Assembly: GCF_000237865.1 (NCBI RefSeq)
Contig: NC_017459.1
Location: forward strand, 2,400,001-2,432,000
DNA from: Haloquadratum walsbyi C23
Lineage (GTDB): Archaea > Halobacteriota > Halobacteria > Halobacteriales > Haloferacaceae
DNA length: 32,000 bases
Direction of reading: 5' to 3'
The notes beneath the pieces were generated by a model. That model had not been told where the DNA came from and made no database searches. It saw only the letters and a program-made list of their open reading frames with translations. This document shows positions 1 to 8,642 of this stretch, piece by piece (within the stretch, counting starts at the first letter, position 1; each line of letters opens with the position of its first letter). Both the position numbers and the translations under genes were made by a program.

Positions 1-241
1 TTCGTGCAAACCCAAGTTCTCCGAGAATCGTTTGTAGATGACGACCGGCATCATCGCCGGTGAAGGGGACACCTGTCTGATCGGCACCGGCATGTGGTCG
101 CTCAGCAACAAAGAGAAAGTCACCACCAACATCACCATATCCGTGAAGAACATTCTCGCGAGTCTCACAAAGCCCTGGACAGTTCTCACATTCAGTGTCC
201 ATTCCATACGGATTTGCGAGTGAATCATGATTTGCATCCAT
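1..241 (-). CDS. uracil-DNA glycosylase, family 4 (N-terminal part; gene continues left of the window)
   Basis: Not in the supplied ORF track because there is no stop in the window. Reverse-strand translation from ATG at 241-239 reads MDANHDSLANPYGMDTECENCPGLCETRENVLHGYGDVGGDFLFVAERPHAGADQTGVPFTGDDAGRHLQTILGELGFAR with no stop. The CxxC...R..V.GyGd, F-V-x-E-x-P and G-x-PF-x-G..G..L pattern is typical of family-4 UDG. Confidence 0.6.
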   Translation of the reverse strand, partial: MDANHDSLANPYGMDTECENCPGLCETRENVLHGYGDVGGDFLFVAERPHAGADQTGVPFTGDDAGRHLQTILGELGFAR

Positions 242-553
242 ATCATATCGATGCTTACCTGTGAGCAAAAGCAGTCGGTTTAGGATAGCGGATTTGTCGT
301 CTATGCGATCACTCAAGCACAGCATTTTCCGCAATCGAAATCGGGAACGTTACGTGAGCATGTTCTGACAAGCACCAGAGATCTACTTGGATAGATACAC
401 GCACGCTGTGCAGGAGTTAGCAGAGAATTCGATATAATATGATTATGATAACGCTCCACGATCTATGTCATGGGTCCCGGGTGAGACAAGAGCGAGATAA
501 ATACTAATCAGCGTGTCGGTGGATTCAGGAGGATTCCGATTCAATCCTCAGTC

Positions 554-1255
554 ATGCATGCGGTTGTTCCAGCGGCAGGACAAGGGACACGACTCGGGGA
601 ACTGACTGATAATCAGCCAAAGGGTCTCGTCGATATTGGTGGACAGTCGCTTCTTGCGTATGTATTGAATACCGCTATTGAGGCGGGTGCAGACGAACTC
701 ATTGTCATTATTGGGTATGAGGCAGCACAAATTATTGATCGATTCGGCGACGTATTCGATGGTGTCCCGATTACATATATCCATCAGCGTGAACAGTTAG
801 GGCTTGGACATGCCGTATTACAGGCTGAATCACAGATTGATGGAGATTTCTTATTGGTAAATGGCGATAATGTATTTACTGGGAGTGTGCGTCCGATCGT
901 TGATGCATCTGAGCGCTTCGATGCCGTCCTCGGTGTCGAGAAAGTATCACCCGCAGTTGCGCAGACAACAGGTGTTATTCAAACCGATCAGACGGGAAAT
1001 GTCAGCAGTATCGTTGAAAAGCCCGCTGACCCATCATCGACGCTTGTCACAACCGGCTGTTATCTGTTACCTGAGGAGATCTTCATGGCGTGTGAGTTAC
1101 TCCAGCCATCCGCAGAGGGCGAGTATCAACTGAGCGAGGCTGTCGGATTATTAGTCCATGCGGGATATGACGTGGGGACCGTCCAGGTGGGTAAACGGAT
1201 CAACGTGAATACGCCTGGGGATGTTGAGGATGCTGAAGATCTGGTTCGTAGATGA
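554..1255 (+). CDS. sugar-1-phosphate nucleotidyltransferase (NTP_transferase family)
   Basis: 233 aa. N-terminal AVVPAAGQGTRLGELTDNQPKGLV matches the G-x-G-T-R-L...KP-K signature of glucose-1-P thymidylyl/uridylyltransferases. LVNGDN is the metal/sugar-binding block. Confidence 0.85.
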   Translation: MHAVVPAAGQGTRLGELTDNQPKGLVDIGGQSLLAYVLNTAIEAGADELIVIIGYEAAQIIDRFGDVFDGVPITYIHQREQLGLGHAVLQAESQIDGDFLLVNGDNVFTGSVRPIVDASERFDAVLGVEKVSPAVAQTTGVIQTDQTGNVSSIVEKPADPSSTLVTTGCYLLPEEIFMACELLQPSAEGEYQLSEAVGLLVHAGYDVGTVQVGKRINVNTPGDVEDAEDLVRR

Positions 1256-1426
1256 TATTTAGAATGGTTGTGAGATAACATTGATTTGAGTATGTATGTA
1301 TGCAACTCACATCAGCTCATCATGAGAATCAATGATCAATATCCAGAGGTCGTTTCGATTGATGAGCGCATCGCACGTATGAGATAACACGACGGTTTTT
1401 TATTAACTTATTATCATCTACATGGT

Positions 1427-2209
1427 ATGCAAGCAGTTGTACTGGCCGCCGGCGAAGGGACCCGGCTCCGCCCGTTGACAGAGGATAAGCCAAAGGGAAT
1501 GGTTACTGTCGCAGACAAGCCAATCCTCACGCATTGTTTTGAACGGCTGATTGACCTTGGCGCGGATGAACTATATGTCGTTGTCGGGTATCGAAAAGAA
1601 GCTATTATTGAACACTATGGCGATGAATTTGAAGATGTCCCAATAACGTATGCTCACCAGCGTGAACAAACCGGTCTTGCACATGCGCTATTGACTGTCG
1701 AAGAGCATATCGATGATGACTTCATGTTGATGCTTGGTGATAATATCTTTGAGGCGAATCTGCATGATGTGATCAATCGTCAGCATGAGGATCGCGCCGA
1801 CGCTGCTTTTCTTGTTGAGGAGGTTCCGTGGGAAGAGGCTAGTCGATACGGCGTTTGTGATACAAACAAGTATGGCGAGATCGTCGAGGTCGTTGAAAAA
1901 CCTGATGAGCCCCCATCAAACCTCGTGATGACCGGATTCTATACATTTACCCCAGCCATCTTTCATGCATGTCATCTGGTACAACCATCTGGTCGTGGCG
2001 AGTATGAAATCAGTGACGCGATTGATTTATTACTGCAATCAGGGCGGACAATCGATGCAATTCGGATGAATGGCTGGCGTGTTGATGTCGGGTATCCTGA
2101 GGACCGTGATCGTGCTGAAAGCCGTCTGCAGGGTGAGTCTTTACAGGGTGATATCGAGGCGACTCCCGATACTGGGTCGGTGGTAGACGGCAACACCTCG
2201 ACCGAGTGA
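1427..2209 (+). CDS. sugar-1-phosphate nucleotidyltransferase, tandem paralog with acidic C-terminal tail
   Basis: 260 aa. AVVLAAGEGTRLRPLTEDKPKGMV and LMLGDN motifs. Collinear with the upstream paralog (PITY.HQREQ.GL.HA block shared). An AT-rich TATA-like TTTTATTAAC lies about 20 nt upstream of the ATG. Confidence 0.85.
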   Translation: MQAVVLAAGEGTRLRPLTEDKPKGMVTVADKPILTHCFERLIDLGADELYVVVGYRKEAIIEHYGDEFEDVPITYAHQREQTGLAHALLTVEEHIDDDFMLMLGDNIFEANLHDVINRQHEDRADAAFLVEEVPWEEASRYGVCDTNKYGEIVEVVEKPDEPPSNLVMTGFYTFTPAIFHACHLVQPSGRGEYEISDAIDLLLQSGRTIDAIRMNGWRVDVGYPEDRDRAESRLQGESLQGDIEATPDTGSVVDGNTSTE

Positions 2210-2255
2210 CGTAGATACAGTAGGTCTTTCAATAATGATTGTCTCATGAATACTA

Positions 2256-3242
2256 ATGCAAATACTCGTTACTGGCGGTGCTGGATTTATTGGGGGACAC
2301 CTCGCAGAGCGATTCATCGCCGACGGGCATGACGTCACTGTGCTTGATAATCTTGAGCCGTTCTATGATACCCGAATTAAACAACAGACAATCGAGGTCT
2401 GTCGAACATGTGCTGATGACGATTCAGGGTCATATCGATTTATTGAGGGCGATGTTCGAGATGTTGATATCGTTACGGAGCTGGTTTCTGACGCTGAGTA
2501 TGTGTATCATCAAGCCGCACAGGCTGGCGTTCGGCAAAGCGTCGCGGATCCACGGAAATACGATGAGATCAACGTCGAGGGGACATTAAACATACTTGAT
2601 GCCGCCCGCGATACGGAGACTGAACGGGTCGTCCTTGCATCATCCTCATCAGTGTATGGCAGACCTGAGTATCTCCCATATGATGAATCACATCCAACAA
2701 CGCCGGTAAGCCCGTACGGTGCATCGAAGTTAGCAGCCGAACGATACGCCTGCGCATACAGCGAGGTATATGATTTACCGGCAGTTGCGCTGCGTTACTT
2801 TACCGTCTATGGACCCCGAATGCGTCCAAATATGGCGATTTCGAATTTTGTCTCACGGTGTCTCAATGAGCAACCACCAGTCGTCTATGGCGATGGAACA
2901 CAAACGCGCGATTTTACCTTTATTGATGATATTGTTGAGGCGAATGTCACATTACTAACCGAGAGTGCTGCCGATGGCGAAGCGGTCAATATCGGAAGTA
3001 CTGACAATATCGATATCCTCACGCTCGCCGAAGAAATTCGCGATCAATTAGCGCCGGAACAAGAAATCACGTTTTCCGAGCGCCATGATGCCGATGCCGA
3101 ACACACCCATGCCGCTGTTGAAAAGGCACGAGATGTCTTGGGATATGAACCGACGCATACGATTCGAGAAGGTGTCAACGAATTCGTCGAGTGGTATTAT
3201 GAAAATCGTGATTGGTATGAGCCGCTTGTACTCCAAAGCTAG
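2256..3242 (+). CDS. NAD-dependent nucleotide-sugar epimerase/dehydratase (extended SDR)
   Basis: 328 aa. Rossmann motif VTGGAGFIGGHL at the N-terminus and catalytic SPYGASK (YxxxK). Overall UDP-glucose/UDP-glucuronate 4-epimerase-like layout. Confidence 0.9.
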   Translation: MQILVTGGAGFIGGHLAERFIADGHDVTVLDNLEPFYDTRIKQQTIEVCRTCADDDSGSYRFIEGDVRDVDIVTELVSDAEYVYHQAAQAGVRQSVADPRKYDEINVEGTLNILDAARDTETERVVLASSSSVYGRPEYLPYDESHPTTPVSPYGASKLAAERYACAYSEVYDLPAVALRYFTVYGPRMRPNMAISNFVSRCLNEQPPVVYGDGTQTRDFTFIDDIVEANVTLLTESAADGEAVNIGSTDNIDILTLAEEIRDQLAPEQEITFSERHDADAEHTHAAVEKARDVLGYEPTHTIREGVNEFVEWYYENRDWYEPLVLQS

Positions 3243-3505
3243 CTGAATGTTATCGTTATACTGTAGTCAGTTGATTGGATAGTCGATAATCACTTTGCTT
3301 AGTCATCTAACGTTTCTTTGGAGGATAATTGCGGAGACGACTACTATGATAATATCTCATTTTGACCCATATAACTCGAAGATCTGTGTGACTGAGTGGG
3401 TAATACAGATACGATTGGCGCTAAGTGCCAAGCAATAGCCTGATTGGATTGTAATAAAACAAAAATCTGGATCAACGCGAAATCGACGCGAGAACAGAAG
3501 TGTCG

Positions 3506-4882
3506 TTAGTTTCCGGAAAGAGCCGTTTCGATTGCTGAGGAGTACGACGACGCGCCCTTATTGAATCCAACAGTCTCGACGACCTCACCATCGTATTCCT
3601 CGGTGAAGACGCTTGTAAAGCGATCTGAAAGCTGCTGTCCGTAGTCGTTGTTCACGAACAGTGTTGAAACAGAACTTACCTCAAGTCGCTCAGACATCAC
3701 CTGTGCCATGACACGACCCTGCAGGAAGTCAGACGGTGCCGTCCGGAAGATATAGTCATCATCATCAAGATTTGAAACAGACAATGCTGTCGAGGATGGT
3801 GAACATCCGACGACCTCATTTGGAATAAATACCTGCTGTGAGGTTGGAACGTTCACACCGGAGGAGGCCGTCCCACAGACACTCGGGACACCAGCGCTGA
3901 TGAGTGATTCACCAGCGGAGACACCAGCACTCGGAGATGTCTGTGTATCCTCAGTTTGTGCATTGACTGAGATGCCTGCAGGATTCGCCTCATTGACCTG
4001 CATTGCTGGGAGTTGTGCAGCCTGAATCATCGGCTGTCCGACTGACGCAAGATCGCCTGTCTCTGGAAGGAGAATCCCAACAGATACCTCACGGTCGGTG
4101 CCACCAGGTCCGCTATCGGCTGCAGGACCAGACCCTTCTGGATTTGCGCCCTCGAAGTTCTGCACATTAACCTGAGAGGTTGCTCCGTCTGCAAACTCCC
4201 AGATGGCGTACGCTGCGGACGCTGGGTCGCCGTTCTCATCAAAGTTTGTCGCCGAGGAGGCACCCTGATAATTCACGTCCTCGCCATTTGCAGCGGCTTC
4301 AACACCCTCGATGAGGTTGTCAGGAGTGACCGTTGTGCCTTCGGGATTCGCGATACGTCGCATCTGGTCACGAACCGCCGTTCCGTCGTTCTCGCCTGCG
4401 GCGGCATTCGCAAGGATCTGAATTGCGACTGAGTCATATGACTGTGAGGTGAAGACACCGGGACTTTCGCCGTACTCATCTTGGAAGAGTGAATTAAACG
4501 CTTCCTGGCTTGGACCGCCTGCAGCAGGAGCTGTTCCTGTGACGTTTGCCATCTCATTACCAACCTGTCCGGGCATTGCACCATCACGAAGCCCGTCCGG
4601 AACGAGAATTTCTTCACTCCCATCAGATTGGCTGTAATAATCACGGAAGAGTTGAATTCCACTTTCTGGATAGCCAATCACGACGACGCCCTCTGGACCG
4701 CTTGATCCGGAAGACATTCCAGTGGATCCACCACTCTCAGTTTCTGTTGAGTCAGAGCCACCACTCTCACCTTCACCGCCTTCTCCTCCGCCGCCGACAC
4801 AACCTGAGAGACCAACAGTTCCCAATACTCCGGCTGCTCCAGCGCGTTTCAAGAATGCTCGACGTTCAATATCTCGTGCCAT
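3506..4882 (-). CDS. LivJ-type (type I periplasmic binding protein) substrate-binding lipoprotein with Tat signal; domain halves in swapped order
   Basis: 458 aa. Twin-arginine motif plus lipobox (MARDIERRAFLKRAGAAG...LSGC) and a Gly/Ser/Glu linker. Residues about 265-458 carry the LivJ N-terminal signature (VSVGILLPETGDLASVG...YIFRTAPSD...NNDYGQ). Residues about 60-260 resemble the LivJ C-terminal half (VVVIGYPESGIQLFRDY...FTSQSYDSV...NFDENGD). No ABC permease or ATPase gene is adjacent. Confidence 0.8.
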   Translation of the reverse strand: MARDIERRAFLKRAGAAGVLGTVGLSGCVGGGGEGGEGESGGSDSTETESGGSTGMSSGSSGPEGVVVIGYPESGIQLFRDYYSQSDGSEEILVPDGLRDGAMPGQVGNEMANVTGTAPAAGGPSQEAFNSLFQDEYGESPGVFTSQSYDSVAIQILANAAAGENDGTAVRDQMRRIANPEGTTVTPDNLIEGVEAAANGEDVNYQGASSATNFDENGDPASAAYAIWEFADGATSQVNVQNFEGANPEGSGPAADSGPGGTDREVSVGILLPETGDLASVGQPMIQAAQLPAMQVNEANPAGISVNAQTEDTQTSPSAGVSAGESLISAGVPSVCGTASSGVNVPTSQQVFIPNEVVGCSPSSTALSVSNLDDDDYIFRTAPSDFLQGRVMAQVMSERLEVSSVSTLFVNNDYGQQLSDRFTSVFTEEYDGEVVETVGFNKGASSYSSAIETALSGN

Positions 4883-4905
4883 ATCTCGTGAATTGTCAGT
4901 CGTGA

Positions 4906-4913
4906 ATATAAAA
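4906..4913 (-). promoter_or_regulatory. putative archaeal TATA box for the binding-protein gene (leaderless-type spacing)
   Basis: The minus strand reads cTTTTATATtcacgactgacaattcacgagatATG. The TATA-like element is centred about 28 nt upstream of the ATG at 4882. Confidence 0.35.
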
Positions 4914-5450
4914 GTGCCCGTTGTCAGTATGTATCAACGGATCATTATGTAGACGTGTTGTGAATATGTATACGAATCTTTTAATGAGATTCATATATCG
5001 TAGTCTCCGCTAAATATGGAACACGTCGGATAGCCAGTAATGATACGTTCAAGCACTCAATGCTGAATATCAATCGTGGAGTATGTAATTTGATATCGAT
5101 GAGTCATGAGATAGTGCTATATTGAGAGAGAAGAATTGTCAGATCAGGATATATTCCACTATCGGTGCAAGCCATCTGCGTGCTGATATTGAACTGATAC
5201 ATCAATTCGTGTCAGGGTCTGGTTAGAAGAGTATCTATGCAAGGGGCAGAAGCCAAGCTAAAGGACAATACATGTGTTAGAATAGACACTCAAGCAGACT
5301 GATTCGGGTGGACCTATTGAAATTTCTCGAAAATGACAAGTTTCTATGAGTATCCTAAACATAGAGATTTCGTGTAGTATGACGACTTCTTTTTGACGAG
5401 ATATTGAGCCAGTTGCTCAGTATGCCTACATATTTATTGGGATTACTGAC

Positions 5451-5801
5451 TCATTCCTGAATCCACGGATCAAGGTTTTCGACTTTCCCAGACATATTAC
5501 TCGGGGACTTGTAAGCATCAATGATGTTGAGAATGGCATTCGCAACCGCGTACGCTGAAGCTCGCTGGTTATTCAGTAGCAGAAGCCCTTCATGCCGGGA
5601 GCTGGCAAGTGGTGCGAAGTTCTTGATATCCGCAGTCACAATCATCAGTTCTTCCCGCTGAACATAGGGAAGTATATCATTATAATCGTCAGCATCCTCA
5701 TGAAGTACATAATCAGAGTATTCGGCCCGGTAGTTCTCTTCTCGAAGAATTTCAGCAGTGCGCGGTTCGAGGTTTGCGTCAATAAAAAATGCCCACTGCA
5801 T
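5451..5801 (-). CDS. PIN-like / Mut7-C-like (DUF5615, COG4634-type) putative toxin
   Basis: 116 aa. The N-terminal FFIDANLEPRTAEILREE...IVTADIKNF matches the F-x-D-x-N-L...L...G...T-x-D-x-DF pattern of DUF5615. The start codon directly abuts the stop of the upstream DUF433 gene. Confidence 0.7.
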   Translation of the reverse strand: MQWAFFIDANLEPRTAEILREENYRAEYSDYVLHEDADDYNDILPYVQREELMIVTADIKNFAPLASSRHEGLLLLNNQRASAYAVANAILNIIDAYKSPSNMSGKVENLDPWIQE

Positions 5802-6107
5802 CTACTCCTCTCTCGGTGGGGTGAAGCCCGGAATGATGCCCTCGGGTCGGGTTATCTCGTCCTCTACGTCAGCCATGATTTGCTCCCGTTCCCGCCGGAG
5901 CTTCTCGAACTCTCGGGGATGGTCGTGGTAGTATAACAACGCAGCGTACACCTCCGAGACAGTAAGATCGTGCCGGTCCGCGACGGTTTGTGGTTTGAGT
6001 CCACGACCTTCGACTCTCTCGGCGATAGTCAGAACTGGAATACGTCGCCCATTAATGTGCGGTTCGTCGAGTATGTCCCGCACAATGCGGGTCTCCTGCT
6101 GAGACAT
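5802..6107 (-). CDS. DUF433 (COG2442-type) putative antitoxin
   Basis: 101 aa. INGRRIPVLTIAERVEGRGLKPQTVADRHDLTVSEVYAALLYY fits the DUF433 core (G.p.i.GtRipV..i......G.s.e.i...y.Lt.e.v.aAL.Y). The stop TAG (5804-5802) is immediately followed by the ATG (5801-5799) of the PIN-like gene. Confidence 0.75.
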   Translation of the reverse strand: MSQQETRIVRDILDEPHINGRRIPVLTIAERVEGRGLKPQTVADRHDLTVSEVYAALLYYHDHPREFEKLRREREQIMADVEDEITRPEGIIPGFTPPREE

Positions 6108-6164
6108 CTATATTAGATTAAAATACGCGCTTACATTTAGATAAATGGAATGGTCACTTCACTG

Positions 6165-7449
6165 CTCGGCTCTGCACGTTTAAATAGGGGCGTGATGTAG
6201 GCAGCATTGAAACTTGATGCTGCCGATTACGGATTTCCTCTCGTGCACCGACGTGCTGGATGAATTCGACTCGCTATCATATCATCAAACGACTCACGCC
6301 AAAACGTACGTGACAGGTCTTGCTGCGGGCCGCAGCAAGACTGTAACCGGAATTGCACGAGAGGTCCTTCCTGCCGGAAGTGACCGAGCACTCAACAAGT
6401 TCATCACCGAATACGATTGGGATGAGGATCAGCTCAATCACGAGCGGTTAGAGGAACTGCAAAAACACGGAGAGACACGCTGGTCACAAAACGGCTATAT
6501 CGTTATTGACGATTCAGTCATCCAGCGAACCGGGAAGTCCCTTCCCGGTGCTGGAGAGTTCTACGATCACTCTGAGGGTGAGCCTGTTTGGGGACAGAAC
6601 CTCGTCTACGCGTTCTATACCGATGATAAAACGTCCTATCCACTTGCTTTTCGCCAGTACGAGAAGGTCGACGACGAGGACGAGGAAGACGAACAGGAGA
6701 CAAAATACGACCTCGCACGAGAGATAATCACGGAATTAGAAGAAGAGGTAGGTGTGCCTGCGGGCACCTACCTCTTCGATGCATGGTTTGCTCATGACTC
6801 CGGTCTGATCGAACACGTCGAATCACACGGCAAGGACTGGATTGGACCACTACGGGGCAACCGACAGGTGACCTACGCGAACAAAGAGAGACGCGTCGAT
6901 GCGCTCGAAGAGTGCATCGACAAGGAAGAGCGAGAAGTTGACGGTGAAACGTACAAAATTTGGACTAAGACAGTCCCTGTCTCGAAATTAGGTGAAGTTC
7001 GGCTGGTAATCACAGAGAAGGTTACCGATGAGGACAAAGAGAATCCAGTAAAGTATCTTGCGACGAGCAAGATTGACGCGCCTTCGGCACACATTATTCG
7101 GAGCTATTCGTACAGATGGCGAGTAGAGACATTCTTCGAGGACTCGAAAGAGGATCTTGGCTTAGGAGACTGCGAGGTTCGTGATTCTGACGGTGCCAGT
7201 CGTCACTGGCACCTTCAGATGCTGGCCTACAGCCTTCTTCGGCTTGGTCCGGAATCGAGCGCCTCGGAGCGACTTGTCTCGAAAGCCTCGTCGCTCCGAT
7301 CACAACTCGAACACGGTCTCAAGGAGACGATCTACAACATGTTTTCCTGGGTGCGCGATCAACCAGACCGCGATCTCGATGGACTGATGGAAGACATTGA
7401 CCACCTCTTTCTCCATTCTGAGGGTAGTTTATAAACGTGCAGAGTCGAG
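6165..7449 (+). mobile_element. complete IS4-family insertion sequence (1285 bp) with terminal inverted repeats and a 7-bp target-site duplication
   Basis: Left IR CTCGGCTCTGCACGTTTAAATA (6165-6186) matches the reverse complement of the right end CTCGACTCTGCACGTTTATAAA (7449-7428) at 20 of 22 positions. The direct repeat TTCACTG flanks both ends (6158-6164 and 7450-7456). Confidence 0.85.
6214..7434 (+). CDS. IS4-family DDE transposase
   Basis: 406 aa. The first ATG is at 6217, since the track start at 6214 is TTG. The Y-(2)-R-(3)-E-(6)-K signature is present (YSYRWRVETFFEDSK), with DDE-type blocks IVIDDS and FDAWFA. The stop lies inside the right IR. Confidence 0.9.
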   Translation: MMLPITDFLSCTDVLDEFDSLSYHQTTHAKTYVTGLAAGRSKTVTGIAREVLPAGSDRALNKFITEYDWDEDQLNHERLEELQKHGETRWSQNGYIVIDDSVIQRTGKSLPGAGEFYDHSEGEPVWGQNLVYAFYTDDKTSYPLAFRQYEKVDDEDEEDEQETKYDLAREIITELEEEVGVPAGTYLFDAWFAHDSGLIEHVESHGKDWIGPLRGNRQVTYANKERRVDALEECIDKEEREVDGETYKIWTKTVPVSKLGEVRLVITEKVTDEDKENPVKYLATSKIDAPSAHIIRSYSYRWRVETFFEDSKEDLGLGDCEVRDSDGASRHWHLQMLAYSLLRLGPESSASERLVSKASSLRSQLEHGLKETIYNMFSWVRDQPDRDLDGLMEDIDHLFLHSEGSL

Positions 7450-7884
7450 TTCACTGTCTACATTGACCGAATCAAAGAGTCTCAATTCTCGGCTCGTGAC
7501 GTGCTGCATACACGCTTCGCATCCAGCCTGAAAACTTCGACAGAGTATCGAGCTTATTTCAGTTCGATTATATGTGCTGCTTGGAAGATGGTTCAGATTG
7601 AAGCAATTTATAGAGATATCTCTCACACAAGTTTTGTTGAGTTCTATCAGTTGGTATACACTTTTGACTGACTGATCGTAGTCACCTCTCACAAAGCAGA
7701 ATTCAAAAGGAACAGGTACGACAGGCAAACGAGAATTGTGAATACGATTGACCGTAACGCATGTGCTGCTGGCGGACAGTGGAACGAACACGAGTTTAGC
7801 GATGATATTGATCCCTCGAAAATCAAGGAGGCAATTGAAGCAAATGGGCTTGAGTGGAAACAAGTCAGCACACGTGGGGTAAGC

Positions 7885-8210
7885 TAGCAAAACTGCTGTG
7901 TCTATGTTAGATCCTTGGGCACACTCGTTGAAATAACTCAGGAAAACCGCTGTGTCTTTGCCAGGTACACAGATATACTCGTCGAAATAACTCAGGAAAA
8001 CCGCTGTGTCTGTGTCAGATACATGGATATGCTCGTCGAAATAACTCAGGAAAACCGCTGTGTCTGTGTCAGATACATGGATATACTCGTCGAAATAACT
8101 CGGGAAAACTGCTGTGTCTGTGTCGGATCTCTAAGCATACACGTCAAAATAACTCAGGAAAACTGCTGTGTGTACTCATGTGTAGTCTGTGAGAGTATAA
8201 TACTCGTTGC
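7885..8210. repeat. tandem repeat array, 54-bp unit, about 6 copies (central copies near-identical, edge copies degenerate)
   Basis: Units start at 7924, 7978, 8032, 8086 and about 8142, with partial units at both ends. Consensus: CTCGTCGAAATAACTCAGGAAAACCGCTGTGTCTGTGTCAGATACATGGATATR. Units 7978-8031 and 8032-8085 differ at only one position. Confidence 0.9.
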
Positions 8211-8642
8211 TCACCATCGTCATCCGAATTTTCCTCTTTTTGAGACAGGGTACAGCGGGTCAGGTAATACATATGCATGAATGCCGGGTAAGTGAGTCCC
8301 GAGAAGTGTGGTGTCTTCCCAACGTCTCTGTCTCTCGAAGCCTATATGTTCAAGCGTAATAAGGCAGATGCTCTCGGGTGAGGTGAAGTCACAAACGTCG
8401 GTGCTCACGGACGTCACACATGACTCGATCTGTGGTGATTCACCAATTACAATTCAACCAATTACTGGGAAATACACAGCACAAGTGTCTTTGGTGACTC
8501 TGTTGGGATTCCGCTGAGCAATCGATTTGATTATTCATCGCACACGACGGTATCCATCAATTACGTCTATACGGGATGACTCTGAGCTGTGAGATCAGCA
8601 CAGTGACGACCGGCAAAGATAGATTTAGAGAAGCAGACGATC

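Noticed and set aside
4027-4905. Several 60-134-aa ORFs on both strands inside the binding-protein gene (4027-4263, 4273-4677, 4449-4637, 4546-4905)
   Set aside because: These are shadow ORFs within a well-supported 458-aa gene. Their composition is basic or low-complexity. The same reasoning applies to the antisense and out-of-frame ORFs listed inside the other long genes.
7429-7890. 153-aa minus-strand ORF
   Set aside because: It is Cys-, Phe- and Asn-rich and non-acidic. It starts in AT-rich spacer and ends inside the IS4 right end. It shows no recognisable motif and is probably a chance ORF in AT-rich DNA.
7885-8210. Possible CRISPR array (regularly spaced conserved 34-bp segment)
   Set aside because: The variable parts are only about 20 bp, and two of them are almost identical to each other. 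The whole 54-bp unit behaves as a degenerating tandem repeat. No cas genes or leader-like region are nearby, and the conserved part does not resemble the haloarchaeal CRISPR repeats I know.
7915-8280. 121-aa ORF with 18-aa repeats (LVEITQENRCVCVRYMD...)
   Set aside because: It exists only because the 54-bp unit is a multiple of 3. It is Cys-rich and not acidic, unlike every credible protein in the window. I treat it as a by-product of the repeat.
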